A stretch of DNA of 64,000 nucleotides, from positions 1-64,000 of IMG/VR virus record IMGVR_UViG_3300008954_000020. One strand, 5' to 3'. This DNA is from a virus. The notes beneath the pieces were generated by a model. The model searched no databases, had not been told where the DNA came from, and worked only from the letters and a program-made list of their open reading frames with translations. Position numbers and translations under genes: made by a program. Numbering within the stretch: the stretch's first letter is position 1; each line of letters opens with the position of its first letter. Of the stretch, positions 8,522-19,368 are shown piece by piece.

Positions 8522-9541
8522 TTAACACACCACCATTGTTGTAGCCTTACATACAGTTTCCATTAGTTTTGAAACTGCACAATATGGATTCATGTTGGCC
8601 GCAGGCCTTCGGTCTTCGAGATATCCCTTGTATGTTTGAGCAGTGACAGGAGGAATGCGAATCGAAGCACCTCTATCTGAATCTCCAGAAGAGAAAACAT
8701 CAATGTGTTGTGTTTCGTGTTCTCCTGTGAGTCTTTGTTCATTCCCCCGACCATATTCATCAATATGTTCTTCGTGTGAATCCATTAGCTTTTTAATAAT
8801 ATGTGTAATATATTGTTTCCCGCCTTCTTCTCTGAGTCTTGCAGTTGAAAAATTAATATGTGCGCCAGAACCATTCCAATCACCTTGAATCGGTTTTGGG
8901 TCAAGACTTACACAGACACCTGCTCGTTCAGAAATCATCTCTAATATGTGTCGTGCAATCCAAATGTCATCACAGACATCAACGGGGCCAGCCGTTCCTA
9001 TTTGATACTCCCATTGTGAAAGCATTACTTCTGCATTTGTTCCACATATAGGAATTCCTAAACTTAGACACATCATTGCATGTTCTTCCACAATACCACG
9101 AAGACGAACAACATCCCCACCAACACCACAATAATATCTACCTTGTGGGTCGGGGAATCCAGTTTCAGGCCAACCAAATGGTCTTTTTGTTTCGGGATTC
9201 ATAAAAACATATTCTTGTTCTATACCAAACCACATTTCAGAATTTTTATATTCTTCTGCAAGTTTGCGAAGTTTCGCACGGGTATTTGATTCGTGTGGGG
9301 TTCCATCTGGATTCATAACCTCACACAGAACAATGTTCTCTCCATAAATTTTAACGGGTTTTAGAACACAATCACTATTGTCTCCATCCGCTTGCATTGT
9401 AGACGAACCATCAAATCCCCATTCTGGAACCGTGTCTAAATCTACACACGGAAGTTCAATGTATTTAACTTTACTTCTAAGGTTCGGAGTCTTATAACCA
9501 TCTAACCAAACATATTCTAATCTACGCAAATTTTCATTCAT
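8522..9541 (-). CDS. glnII: Glutamine synthetase type II
   Basis: WGFDGSST, GIEQEY, NAEVMLSQWEYQIG, DWNGSGAHINFST, RLTGEHET, RGASIRIP, YLEDRRP; about 340 aa. Confidence 0.92.
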   Translation of the reverse strand: MNENLRRLEYVWLDGYKTPNLRSKVKYIELPCVDLDTVPEWGFDGSSTMQADGDNSDCVLKPVKIYGENIVLCEVMNPDGTPHESNTRAKLRKLAEEYKNSEMWFGIEQEYVFMNPETKRPFGWPETGFPDPQGRYYCGVGGDVVRLRGIVEEHAMMCLSLGIPICGTNAEVMLSQWEYQIGTAGPVDVCDDIWIARHILEMISERAGVCVSLDPKPIQGDWNGSGAHINFSTARLREEGGKQYITHIIKKLMDSHEEHIDEYGRGNEQRLTGEHETQHIDVFSSGDSDRGASIRIPPVTAQTYKGYLEDRRPAANMNPYCAVSKLMETVCKATTMVVC

Positions 9542-10587
9542 ATCTTTCTCCAATCACGGAAACGAAGAGTTGCTTCCAATCCACTAAATGTATTATTATC
9601 AATAACTTTTTGAATTTCTCTAGTTGACATTCTATACGCCATGTCATTAATGTCTTTTTCTGTAATGTGGTCAGGCCAAATGCAAACCTCTCTACCCAAC
9701 TCAATTAACTTTTCTATGTATGCACAAATCTGTCTGTTGCGTGGTTCGTTGTCAAGGATGTATGTCATGGGCGTATCTTCAAATCGTTCGGGGATTTCCT
9801 TCAATGCTCCTGCACCAACCATTGCTGTAGCGTTTTGTAAAAACAAACTATCTAGTGGCCCTTCTACAACATATACTCGTTTATTTGGATTTACTCTCCA
9901 CAAACCATACCAGAGTCGGTCAATGCTCTTATCGTATTTAACAGTAATGTACTTAAGTGTTTCTCTTGCATTAATTTCATCTTGCATAATTAATGAACGG
10001 CCTTGACACCCCACCACATCACCATGACTATTAAAGAACGGAATTACTAATCGTTCTTCCTCGCCCATCGATAAAATCGATGGGTCAAGTTCTTTGGCAA
10101 AAGAGCCAAAATCTTCAGCATAATATAACAATCCCCAATGTTGTTTTGGAATCTTGCGTATATTTGCAAACTTGACAGCAACATGGTCTTTGGGTAAGTC
10201 CTTGATACATTCTATAGTATTTAAGACTACATCCTTCTTTTTGAATTCTGGTTTTTTACTTGCGAACTTAAACATATCTTCCTTTGATTTCTTTGGGATT
10301 GGTGACTTTTCCCCACCACGATAATTTTCAAGACTGTATTCTTTACAGAGCGAGGGTTGTACTTGCTTTAAAAAATTGTATACATTACTTCCGTGGTTAC
10401 AGTTGTGACACTTATAGAAGAAATCGTTTCCCTTTACATAAAAATATCCTCTTGCCTTTGTTTTAATCTTTGTTGAATCACCGCATATTGGACAAGAACA
10501 ATTTGCTAGTGTGTCTTTCTTCCATTTAAAATTTCTTAATTGCGATGATATACGATTTATAAAAGTCTTATCTATGTAAATAGACAT
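9538..10587 (-). CDS. gp61: DNA primase (T4 gp61)
   Basis: CPICGDS...CHNC zinc finger, VVEGPLD and DNEPRN TOPRIM motifs. Confidence 0.93.
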   Translation of the reverse strand: MSIYIDKTFINRISSQLRNFKWKKDTLANCSCPICGDSTKIKTKARGYFYVKGNDFFYKCHNCNHGSNVYNFLKQVQPSLCKEYSLENYRGGEKSPIPKKSKEDMFKFASKKPEFKKKDVVLNTIECIKDLPKDHVAVKFANIRKIPKQHWGLLYYAEDFGSFAKELDPSILSMGEEERLVIPFFNSHGDVVGCQGRSLIMQDEINARETLKYITVKYDKSIDRLWYGLWRVNPNKRVYVVEGPLDSLFLQNATAMVGAGALKEIPERFEDTPMTYILDNEPRNRQICAYIEKLIELGREVCIWPDHITEKDINDMAYRMSTREIQKVIDNNTFSGLEATLRFRDWRKI

Positions 10588-11978
10588 TAGATACTCCACG
10601 CATTAAGATTAGATTCTGTTTTTTTAAATTTATCTGTGAATGTTTCGTTGATAATTTCTTGTACACCCGACTGAAGAAGCCCCGGCTGGTCTGATTCATC
10701 AACTTCATATAATTTCATTTTAGAACGATCGATACCTAATACAAACTTTCTATTTGTTGCTAAGTCGTTATACCGATTCTTTAATTGTTTTATTAGTACC
10801 TGATTATTTTCGTCCAATTCTTCTGTGGCAATTAATGCAAACATAAAATCGGCAGTTGCAGGAAGTCCAAAAGATTCTGATGTGTCCTCTAGTCCAACAT
10901 CTGTACTAGAAAATCCTTGTCGATTGGTTTGGGTGGCCGTGAAGATTGGGATATTATTTTCAACGGCTAGTCCCCGCAATTCTTCTGCTATTGCTTTAAT
11001 AAGAGTATACGAATTAATTGTATTGCCCTGTTTATATCTGACGGATGCACAAATATTCAAGTAATCAACAAAAATGATATCGGGAATAAAACTCTTTTTG
11101 ATTTTGATTTCTTCAAGAAGATGTCTAATATGATTTACATTTGCTGTTGCTGTTGGATATTCTTTGATTAATAATCCACCCTGAATGTTTTTGGTAGCGT
11201 CATACAGTTTACGAGCATAGACCTTTTTAGACAACTCTTTCATATCATCCATTGAAATGTCCATAAGATTGGCATCTATTCGTTCGGCTATTCGTTCTTC
11301 GGCCATTTCGCATGTGATGTATAAAACATTTTTACCTTGAACCAAACAATTAGATGCATGATGACACATAAACAAAGATTTACCTACACCCGTTCCAGCC
11401 ATAACTACATTTAAAGTTTTGGGCCCAATTCCGCCATTGGTAATTCTATTCATGTATTCCAAATCAAACGGAATCTTAATCTGTTTCTGATGATAAAAAT
11501 CATATCTATCTTCAGCATCTTTTAAATAATCGTGCCCGATATTTGTATCAAAAGAAACCGCAAGTGCATCGGATAGTAATTTAGGAAGAGAATTGTTATC
11601 CTTTTCTTTAGACTTCCCATCAATGATTTGAATAGATTCCAAAATAGCATTGTAGATAGATTTGTCTTTACAGAATTTTTCACATTCATCTACCAACCAT
11701 TCTATATTATTTTGTTCATGGGGTTCAAAGATTTCGTTGATAACTTCGTGACAGGCCTCAACATCTGGCCCTGCGAGTTTCTTTTCGTCCAATATAATAA
11801 TTAGTGCCTCTCTGGTAGGAGAGTCATTATATTTTGTAAAGTATTGGTCTATTATTTCAAAAACAATCTGTTCAGATCGTTCTTGAAAGTATTCCTTCTC
11901 TACAAAAGGCAATGTTTTCCGAGTGAATTGTTCGTTGAGAACAAGATTACTCAGAATCAGTATTTCTATCCGTTCCAT
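10587..11978 (-). CDS. gp41: Replicative helicase (T4 gp41)
   Basis: AGTGVGKS, CEMAEERIAERIDAN, KEYPT, DTSESFGLP. Confidence 0.95.
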   Translation of the reverse strand: MERIEILILSNLVLNEQFTRKTLPFVEKEYFQERSEQIVFEIIDQYFTKYNDSPTREALIIILDEKKLAGPDVEACHEVINEIFEPHEQNNIEWLVDECEKFCKDKSIYNAILESIQIIDGKSKEKDNNSLPKLLSDALAVSFDTNIGHDYLKDAEDRYDFYHQKQIKIPFDLEYMNRITNGGIGPKTLNVVMAGTGVGKSLFMCHHASNCLVQGKNVLYITCEMAEERIAERIDANLMDISMDDMKELSKKVYARKLYDATKNIQGGLLIKEYPTATANVNHIRHLLEEIKIKKSFIPDIIFVDYLNICASVRYKQGNTINSYTLIKAIAEELRGLAVENNIPIFTATQTNRQGFSSTDVGLEDTSESFGLPATADFMFALIATEELDENNQVLIKQLKNRYNDLATNRKFVLGIDRSKMKLYEVDESDQPGLLQSGVQEIINETFTDKFKKTESNLNAWSI

Positions 11979-12336
11979 CTGTACTTCCTGCGGCTTGAAT
12001 TAACCCATCCTCATTTGCGATACTGTCTAGAACAACACATGTGACCAAATTTCCTAAGTATTCGTCTTTGGTGTTACCTTCTTCGTCTTTTGCTTCGAAA
12101 TCAACATTCTTTGGGTTGTCTAGAATATCAGCCGTAAAAGATACAGGAATGTTGCCAGTTTCTTCATCCACGGTTCCAAATTCAACATTGGTGTATCGAA
12201 TGATTAATCCTTTTTGGATTCCCTTTTCTTCTACCTTGACGAAAAGGCCAGATTCATCAAGCCATAGAATCTTATACCCCCTCTTTGGGATTTTCGTCTT
12301 CTTCGGTGTCTTTACTTTCGTTGTTGCTGTTGCCAT
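11947..12336 (-). CDS. gp40-like head vertex assembly chaperone
   Basis: Lies between uvsX and gp41 as in T4; acidic small protein with IIRY...SFTADI...YLGNL pattern. Confidence 0.45.
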   Translation of the reverse strand: MATATTKVKTPKKTKIPKRGYKILWLDESGLFVKVEEKGIQKGLIIRYTNVEFGTVDEETGNIPVSFTADILDNPKNVDFEAKDEEGNTKDEYLGNLVTCVVLDSIANEDGLIQAAGSTDGTDRNTDSE

Positions 12337-13342
12337 ATTTAAATTCCTTTGCTGCTGCAATTTCTAATGATTTCATAATATCATCAGTAAAATATTTGTC
12401 TGCATCCTTATACAGACTCTTTTCGTATAATTTAGTTCCATTTGGAAGTTCAATTCGTGTTGAAACCTTCTTAAAAATTCCATACTTAACTCCTAGTTCA
12501 ACTAGGCCATAGTATGGGTGTAATCCTTCTTTGTAATCCAATAGAACATCAACCATTGAATTCTCTTTGGTCAATCTCCCCTTGAACAACTTACAGTGAA
12601 TGATATTACCAATAACATCAGTACCATCCTTCACCTTTTTCTTTGAGAGGTAAACAATTGTACTGGCTGCATATTTTAGTCCAGAACCACCTCCCATAGT
12701 TTTTGTTGGAAACATAGAACCTACCACATCATAGGTATGGTTGGTCATAATCATTGGAATGCCTGCCTGTCCTAATTTTAGGGTCAACACACGAAATGTT
12801 GCCTTAATCATTTGGGCCCGTGTCATATCACGGGTTCCTTTTCCGGCAGCAGTATCTTCCATTTCCTTTGTTGTAGAGAGCATACCAAGAGAATCCAAAA
12901 CAATAAGCATTGGTTTCTTATCGGCTTTCTTTAGTTCTCTATAGTTGTCAACAATTTGAATTGCTTGATGTCGAAAATCTTCAACCGTTGCAACAGGAAA
13001 TACTGCAACACGGCCGGGATCAATGCCCCGTTCAATAAACATATCCGATGTTACTGCCTGTTCGCTGTCAAAATAAAGGACAACGCCATTATCATTGTCA
13101 GCAAGAAACTTATTAACAATGCCGAGACTAAAATAGGTTTTGCCCGTAGCGCTTTCCCCAGCAAGTGCAATAATCTTATTGTCTGGTATACCACCGTAGA
13201 GGCTACCAGAAAGCAAAGCATTAAAACTAAAACTTCCAGTGTCGCAAAAGGCATGTACATCTGCTCCTTCCAGTCCTTCATCGATTGATGATGCGTATTC
13301 ATTTCCTGATGCGGAAATCATTTTTGATAACAGTTCACTCAT
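12272..13342 (-). CDS. uvsX: RecA-like recombinase UvsX
   Basis: [31 protein letters not shown]. Confidence 0.95.
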   Translation of the reverse strand: MSELLSKMISASGNEYASSIDEGLEGADVHAFCDTGSFSFNALLSGSLYGGIPDNKIIALAGESATGKTYFSLGIVNKFLADNDNGVVLYFDSEQAVTSDMFIERGIDPGRVAVFPVATVEDFRHQAIQIVDNYRELKKADKKPMLIVLDSLGMLSTTKEMEDTAAGKGTRDMTRAQMIKATFRVLTLKLGQAGIPMIMTNHTYDVVGSMFPTKTMGGGSGLKYAASTIVYLSKKKVKDGTDVIGNIIHCKLFKGRLTKENSMVDVLLDYKEGLHPYYGLVELGVKYGIFKKVSTRIELPNGTKLYEKSLYKDADKYFTDDIMKSLEIAAAKEFKYGNSNNESKDTEEDENPKEGV

Positions 13343-13344
13343 AT

Positions 13345-13539
13345 TTATGAATCCTCCATAATTTTATGTAATTTAGTTCTTATTATACCAAGTTTTTCAA
13401 CTTCGTCAACTATTTTTTCTACATGTTCTTGTTTTGTTGTCTTAGACAACATCATCTTTTTAATTTTTGGTTTGTGATATCCTATCGTCCTATCTAAGAA
13501 TGAAATCAAAAACTTTAATTCTTTTTTATCTAAATTCAT
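13345..13539 (-). CDS. Hypothetical protein
   Basis: ATG at 13539 overlaps the stop of the upstream gene. Confidence 0.5.
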   Translation of the reverse strand: MNLDKKELKFLISFLDRTIGYHKPKIKKMMLSKTTKQEHVEKIVDEVEKLGIIRTKLHKIMEDS

Positions 13540-14165
13540 TCTAAAAATCCTTCTAACGAAGATACCCCATATGTCTTCAAACACATTTTGGGTTTTGTGC
13601 CCTTTCTTCTTTTTGTCAAATCGTACAACCATATGATTTTTGGTTCTCCTGTTTTAATAATTGCTTTGCCCTGTTTAACATCTTCTCTCATCTCATACGA
13701 ATATGGTCTATCGATTGTCAATGACCGCATGTGGTATGTCTTCCCCCTCCATTCAACATATTTCGTTGGAGATGTCTTACCCGATTCAGTAAAATTTGTT
13801 GCTTTGTAAATTGTACCGATATGTCCTTGAGTTAAATCCGAGTAAGACAATACACTGTCATAATTAGTATTGGTCACCAGATATTTTATTATACTTCCTA
13901 GAAACCAACTCTCGCTGTTGTGTGGTGCTTCGTCTAAACATGCCATCCTTCTGATGTCAATACAATTGTTGTATTTGCTTTCGTGTCGTGGTTTTCCAAG
14001 AACACTTCCACCTACCAATTTACCATCGATAAGCATTGCAAAACAAACACTAATGCCACCACCCATGTGACCTTTCTTGTAATGAAAGTCTTCAAAGATA
14101 TGTCGTATATCTGAGAAGTTACATAGTTGCATCTCACAGTCGTGTTTGTTCAGTTTATTCGTCAT
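13536..14165 (-). CDS. Mom-like GNAT-fold DNA adenine modification enzyme
   Basis: IRRMAC...HNSESWFLG...SYSDLTQGHIGTIYKATNF matches the Mom-family SYAD/GHxGxIYxAxN signature. Confidence 0.75.
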   Translation of the reverse strand: MTNKLNKHDCEMQLCNFSDIRHIFEDFHYKKGHMGGGISVCFAMLIDGKLVGGSVLGKPRHESKYNNCIDIRRMACLDEAPHNSESWFLGSIIKYLVTNTNYDSVLSYSDLTQGHIGTIYKATNFTESGKTSPTKYVEWRGKTYHMRSLTIDRPYSYEMREDVKQGKAIIKTGEPKIIWLYDLTKRRKGTKPKMCLKTYGVSSLEGFLE

Positions 14166-14502
14166 CTCTTTTAATTATAGAATAGATTTCCTCTACTAAC
14201 TTAATGTGTTCTGGTGTAAATGATGCCATGTGTTTGGCAGTTCCAATTGCGCCCGTTAAACTTCCACTAAGGTTTTTGCTCCATCTTTCTTCTATTGTGA
14301 TTTTCTTCTTTTTTCGTTTAGTTTTCTTCTTTTTCTTTTTGGGTGGTTTTTCCTCCCATCCCATCTTCTTCCATTCTGTCTTCTCGGCATCGGTGATGGA
14401 AAGTTCAGCAATTTGCTTTTTCCTTCCCCGTTTACCAAGGACAGTTCCATTCATTCCACGAACATCACATAGAGATTTTCCCCAGTTTCCTCTCTTACTC
14501 AT
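14155..14502 (-). CDS. Basic, Lys-rich hypothetical protein
   Basis: Coupled to the gp43 stop (ATGA); poly-Lys tract. Confidence 0.55.
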   Translation of the reverse strand: MSKRGNWGKSLCDVRGMNGTVLGKRGRKKQIAELSITDAEKTEWKKMGWEEKPPKKKKKKTKRKKKKITIEERWSKNLSGSLTGAIGTAKHMASFTPEHIKLVEEIYSIIKRDDE

Positions 14503-17051
14503 GAGAACAATCCCTCTAGTGTGGTTCGTCTTTCATGTGACCATCCAATTGCATCGAGGATATTTTTTATAGGGTCGATAAATGATTTGGTAAACTGTTC
14601 ATCGTAATGTACAAACCCTGTTAAGTTTAATTCTTTCGGTAATGAATTAGAGAAAGAAATGACTTTATCATGAATCGGATTTGGAATCTTTAGATACAAG
14701 AATTTTATTTTATCACCTTCCATAATTCTTTGATATTTTCGTTGCACTCCTTTTTCTTTAGTCCAGTGATTAAAGAGTAATGCCCCCTTGACCGCAATTG
14801 GAGTTGACTTTTTATAAATTGTGGTGTTATCTTTATATCGACTTAATCCATTAACCCCTCTTGGAAAAGCAATATCTTCTGGAGGCAGTTTCATAAACTC
14901 ATCTCGAAAATTTTCAATGTAATTGATAACAGTTTCTTTATCGGTTTGTAGAATTAATCTAATGGATTCTTTTAACTTGTCTCGTACTGCTTGTGGAGTA
15001 GATGAACGAGTAGTTTCAATTCCCATAATTTTGGGTTTTGGTTTTGAATACCTAACACCTTCGGTATCATACACATTTAGGGCATATCGTTTCTTCGCTG
15101 TCCAGAGGCCTTTGTCTGCAATACACTCTCTGTCCATCACCATCTTATTTTCATATGCATTCATCAACTTTGCAAGTTTGTCATATTCCTTTTTGATGAA
15201 GGGTAAGATAATTTCTTCTGTTGATTTGTTTAGGAAGTCCACCACCTTCGACTTCGATGAAGAGGGACAAACTTTATCCACAAGATTCCCAAGACGCAGA
15301 TAAACACTATCTGTATCAGATGCGACAACATAATCATAATCCTCCGTACCAATTGTTTTATTTAAAAATTCATTTAGTTTATCTGCAATCCAACGGATAC
15401 TCAACTGACCCGACAAAGTAATTGCTTCTGCCATGTCAACATCATAATAACGAAACCATTCATTACCAATTGCACCATACGCTGAGTTCAACTGAATCTT
15501 TCGAACCTGTTGGAAATTGTGGTACTTTGCAATTTCATAATCTTTTTCAGCGAGTAACTTCGAAACATCACCACCAAGGGCGCCAGATTTTAAAATGGAT
15601 TGTCTTTCTTTTTGACATTCAATCATTTTCTTCTTGAACATCTTTCGCTCTTTGTACATCTTCTCCATGAGTGCAGGAAGAAACCCCTGATGTTCTCTGG
15701 TGTAACAAGTTCCATTTGCAGCGACCGAGTAATTTTTGTCTGTATGCGTTTTAAGTGCATCCGTAAAATGGTCAGACTGTTCACCAAGAACGCCATTGGG
15801 TGTAATCATATAATCTTGCATCTGGTCAATCTTAGTTTCGGGACTAATGTTGTATTGCATGATTAAATGAGGATACAAACTATTCAAGTCAAGAGATACA
15901 ACCCAATCGTGCATACCAACAATCGGGTCTTTCACATATGCGCCTGCATACTTAGAATCTTTATGACCATGTGACTTCATGGGAATTACAATTTTCTTTG
16001 AACTGAGATAATGGTAGATAATTTGATCCCAAGTTTTAACTTGAGAAAATACATCTGGAATATTTACTTTCGCTGAATATGCCATAGCAAGTGCAAGTTC
16101 AATGAGTTTAAGTTTGTCTTCCAACTTTTGAATTAGTTCAGTATCTTTGATGTTGTATTCAATGAACTTTTGAAAATCCTGTTTATAAAATTCTGACATA
16201 CTATCGAATTCTTCATAGGACAACTTTCGTTCTCCTAATTCAACAAAAGCGATATGGTCAAGACGATATGATTCTTGATTTACATAAGTAAATTTTTGAT
16301 AGAGGTCGAGATAATCTAAAGTTGAAATGCCTTCCAAAATATAAACGGGAAGTTCTCGATTCATCTTGTGTACTGTTCTTTTTATAACTCTGCCCCAAGG
16401 GGATAGTTTGTTTGTGATATCATCACCAAGAAGTTTCTTGCACCGATTTACGATATATGGAATATCAAAGAACTTTACATTCCAACCTGTAATAACATCG
16501 GGGGCGATTTCACTCCATGTTTGGATAAATTCTCCAAGAAGAAGTTCCTCATCATCGAATGATTTCCAAATTAGATTTGGTTCATCGGGAAGAGTAAATT
16601 CTCCCAACCCATACACATACTTGGTGCCACCAACAATCAGTGTTATTGCATTTATTTGTTCTATGGCATCTTCAACTTGAGGGAAACCATTATCACATGT
16701 AGTTTCGATATCAATATATGCGATATGAATTTTATCCATATCATAGGTAACTTCATCGGGATGGAGTTCACCAATAAATTGATAGATGTAATCTGTATTA
16801 CCAAAAATTTCAAACCCATTAACGGATTTGTATTTTTCGATAAACTCACGGGAGTCCGACATTGTGCCGGGCGTTATTGGTTCTACCGATTTCCCGTCTA
16901 GAGTTTTCCAGTCATTCGGTGATGGTCTTTTCTTCGGAACAAATAGGGTGGGTTGAAAATCAACCTCAAACTTTTTGCGTTTACCATCGCAAACGGCCCG
17001 ACAAAGAATTTTATTTCCTCGCCGAGAAATGTTGGTATAGAAATTAGACAT
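14499..17051 (-). CDS. gp43: Family B DNA polymerase (T4 gp43)
   Basis: DIET exonuclease, DLNSLYPH, KIQLNSAYG, SDTDS, KKRYA. Confidence 0.97.
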   Translation of the reverse strand: MSNFYTNISRRGNKILCRAVCDGKRKKFEVDFQPTLFVPKKRPSPNDWKTLDGKSVEPITPGTMSDSREFIEKYKSVNGFEIFGNTDYIYQFIGELHPDEVTYDMDKIHIAYIDIETTCDNGFPQVEDAIEQINAITLIVGGTKYVYGLGEFTLPDEPNLIWKSFDDEELLLGEFIQTWSEIAPDVITGWNVKFFDIPYIVNRCKKLLGDDITNKLSPWGRVIKRTVHKMNRELPVYILEGISTLDYLDLYQKFTYVNQESYRLDHIAFVELGERKLSYEEFDSMSEFYKQDFQKFIEYNIKDTELIQKLEDKLKLIELALAMAYSAKVNIPDVFSQVKTWDQIIYHYLSSKKIVIPMKSHGHKDSKYAGAYVKDPIVGMHDWVVSLDLNSLYPHLIMQYNISPETKIDQMQDYMITPNGVLGEQSDHFTDALKTHTDKNYSVAANGTCYTREHQGFLPALMEKMYKERKMFKKKMIECQKERQSILKSGALGGDVSKLLAEKDYEIAKYHNFQQVRKIQLNSAYGAIGNEWFRYYDVDMAEAITLSGQLSIRWIADKLNEFLNKTIGTEDYDYVVASDTDSVYLRLGNLVDKVCPSSSKSKVVDFLNKSTEEIILPFIKKEYDKLAKLMNAYENKMVMDRECIADKGLWTAKKRYALNVYDTEGVRYSKPKPKIMGIETTRSSTPQAVRDKLKESIRLILQTDKETVINYIENFRDEFMKLPPEDIAFPRGVNGLSRYKDNTTIYKKSTPIAVKGALLFNHWTKEKGVQRKYQRIMEGDKIKFLYLKIPNPIHDKVISFSNSLPKELNLTGFVHYDEQFTKSFIDPIKNILDAIGWSHERRTTLEGLFS

Positions 17052-17059
17052 ATGTTGTA

Positions 17060-17389
17060 TCAGTCAGCCGGCGAATTATCTTTACTAGAAACAAACCCAT
17101 CAAACAAGATACAATAATTGATTATATCTAAAATGGCGTCATGATATCCTTCGTTTTCGACTCTTAGTTCTCCCGCAGTTGCGAAAGTGGATAGGCGGGA
17201 AAGTTTGTCGCAGAGTCGCACCAAGAATCCTTGTTCTGTGGTACAGATTCCCATATCTTCCGACCTAGTGAAATTAGCAAATGGTGAACCGCCATCTTTC
17301 CCCGCATAGTCATGATTTTTCTTTTCCATAATTTCAAGTGCCTCTTTACAGAGGGCCTTATGATGTTTAAATAGTTCTTCACGATTCAC
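17060..17389 (-). CDS. DUF1599 / nucleotide-modification-associated helical NTP pyrophosphatase-like protein
   Basis: KKNHDYA...FANF...VRLCDKLSRL...DAILDIINY. Confidence 0.7.
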   Translation of the reverse strand: MNREELFKHHKALCKEALEIMEKKNHDYAGKDGGSPFANFTRSEDMGICTTEQGFLVRLCDKLSRLSTFATAGELRVENEGYHDAILDIINYCILFDGFVSSKDNSPAD

Positions 17390-17571
17390 TTAATTCTCCT
17401 TGCTTCATAAATATGTTTTCTACCACGCCACATTGTATTGAAGTCGTTTGCTTCTTTTGCGGCATCTCTTTTCAATTCGTATCTTGCTTTTCTTTTACCG
17501 CCATCTGTTGTCATCCATTGTTTACTGGATGTTACCCAAATGCCCCACGGTTTGGGTTTTCGTTTTGCCAT
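17386..17571 (-). CDS. Small basic hypothetical protein
   Basis: Overlaps both neighbours (TAATG at its start). Confidence 0.55.
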   Translation of the reverse strand: MAKRKPKPWGIWVTSSKQWMTTDGGKRKARYELKRDAAKEANDFNTMWRGRKHIYEARRIK

Positions 17572-18083
17572 TATTTCGTTCCCGTGCTACCAAATCCACC
17601 TGTACGAACAGACTCGATGTTTTGTATATTATACTCTATGTTTAATGTATAGTCAAGACTTTTTATTAGTTCTCCTTGACAAATTCGCACATCATCACAC
17701 GCCCAAACATTACCATATGAAGCGTTATGAAGTAACACAAATACCTCATGGTGGTAGTCAGCATCAATCACCCCTTCACCGTTTGCTAATCGTAATCCAT
17801 GTTTCCATGCAAGACCAGACCGAGGGTGTATGCGAATTGAATGTCCCACAGGAATATTGAATACTATTCCTGTTGGAACTTTTAGTCTTTCTCCCGGCAT
17901 TAGTAAAATGCCCATAGAACCATCGTCCCGTTCTTCGGGAGTAAATATCTTTTTTAAGTTATGTGGACTGTACCCCTCGATTTCGGGGGTAAAGTTCGAC
18001 CGAATATCAAAACAAGCCGAATGGTTTGTTGCGAATTCTAGGTCTTGTACATTGTCACGAAGTTTTACATAATCTAATTTCAT
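17571..18083 (-). CDS. dut: Trimeric dUTPase
   Basis: SACFDI, PRSGLA, GVIDADY, RICQG, RTGGFGSTG. Confidence 0.93.
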   Translation of the reverse strand: MKLDYVKLRDNVQDLEFATNHSACFDIRSNFTPEIEGYSPHNLKKIFTPEERDDGSMGILLMPGERLKVPTGIVFNIPVGHSIRIHPRSGLAWKHGLRLANGEGVIDADYHHEVFVLLHNASYGNVWACDDVRICQGELIKSLDYTLNIEYNIQNIESVRTGGFGSTGTK

Positions 18084-18093
18084 AATTTTCTAC

Positions 18094-18603
18094 TCACTCA
18101 TGTTCCCATACACCAATCCAATTACAATATGTTTCGTACTTTTTCACCTGTTCTTCATAATAATTTTCGTATGTTCCTTGGTCATTATCAATCCATGTAT
18201 CCAACCATATACAATCAAATTTTTGTGTTGGTTGCCATGTATCAATATCTGCATGAATTAAGGTGAATGTATCATCTTTAGGACAATGCGGCCATACTAG
18301 GTCAATCACTTCTTGGTGTTTTTCAACTATGGTAACTGATGTAACATCGGGGTTGTCTATAAGTTTTTGATTTACAAACCCAATGCCCAGTCCACCAATT
18401 AGAACATCACCTGTTGCATTGTCCCACAATAATTGATGCTCACGATATTCCTTTGTTGTATCTTGCATTATGGGTAAATCATTGTGGTACAAAATTGTAT
18501 ATGTGTCGAGTGGTTCTTTTGTGTTTGCAATAATATCTGTAGTAGCTTTTTTTATTTCGAAATTATCACTTACTGCTTCTAGAATATCAAATGTTAATTT
18601 CAC
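18094..18603 (-). CDS. Class I SAM-dependent methyltransferase (spermidine-synthase-like)
   Basis: VLIGGLGIG, VTIVEK, HAD, FDCIWLDTW. Confidence 0.75.
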   Translation of the reverse strand: MKLTFDILEAVSDNFEIKKATTDIIANTKEPLDTYTILYHNDLPIMQDTTKEYREHQLLWDNATGDVLIGGLGIGFVNQKLIDNPDVTSVTIVEKHQEVIDLVWPHCPKDDTFTLIHADIDTWQPTQKFDCIWLDTWIDNDQGTYENYYEEQVKKYETYCNWIGVWEHE

Positions 18604-19367
18604 CCATATGCCTTTACAATAACTCTTCCATCTGCGCCAATTCCACCATCACCAGTATTTACTCCTTTTGCACCACCGCCGCCACCGCCTGGTGCGGTTC
18701 CCGCATCTCCATCAATTTGGCCCGCATTACCGCCATCGCCGCCGGCACCACCGTCTGGGTCTGCACCATCACCACCATCGCCACCTTGGACATCATTATG
18801 ACTTCGGCCACCATTGTTGCCGGTGTTACCAGTTATTATATCTGAGTTTGATCCTGCAATGCCGCCAAGACCACCAGTAGAATAATCATCAGTTTCACCA
18901 TCCGTTTGGCCACCTTCTCCACCTTGACCACCGCCGGCATATACATTTGTGAATGTATACATTTGTCCAAGACCTCTGCCGTGGATGGTAAGAGTTGTGT
19001 CACCACCAGTTTCGCCTCTTCCGGCATTCTCGCCGTTTCCGCTCGTAACTGCTCCACCTTCACCGATATCAAAATTTATAGTATCTGATACTCGTAGGTC
19101 TGGTGCGTTCCCCGCAGCGGTGACACCATAATAACGGTATAACACATATGCACCGCCGCCTCCGCCGGCGCCTGGGGTTATTTCGGCAGTTCTACCACTT
19201 CCGATAGTTCCTCTGTGTCCACCTGCACCACCGCCACCATACATCTCTATCTCAAGATATCGAACACCTGCGGGAACAGTATAAGTTTGTGTGCCAGTTG
19301 ATGTGATGCTAGTGGTACTAAGTAACTGGAATTCTCTTGTGGTTGTTGCTTTGCTTGCACCTATCAT
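18600..19367 (-). CDS. Glycine-rich virion/fibre-associated protein
   Basis: TYTVPAGV...GGGGAGG...GGGGGAY...GADGRVIV glycine-rich domain. Confidence 0.7.
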   Translation of the reverse strand: MIGASKATTTREFQLLSTTSITSTGTQTYTVPAGVRYLEIEMYGGGGAGGHRGTIGSGRTAEITPGAGGGGGAYVLYRYYGVTAAGNAPDLRVSDTINFDIGEGGAVTSGNGENAGRGETGGDTTLTIHGRGLGQMYTFTNVYAGGGQGGEGGQTDGETDDYSTGGLGGIAGSNSDIITGNTGNNGGRSHNDVQGGDGGDGADPDGGAGGDGGNAGQIDGDAGTAPGGGGGGAKGVNTGDGGIGADGRVIVKAYG

Positions 19368-19368
19368 A

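Noticed and set aside
13342-13349. CATAAATA at the uvsX start as a late promoter
   Set aside because: It overlaps the start codon, so a transcript from it would lack the ATG.
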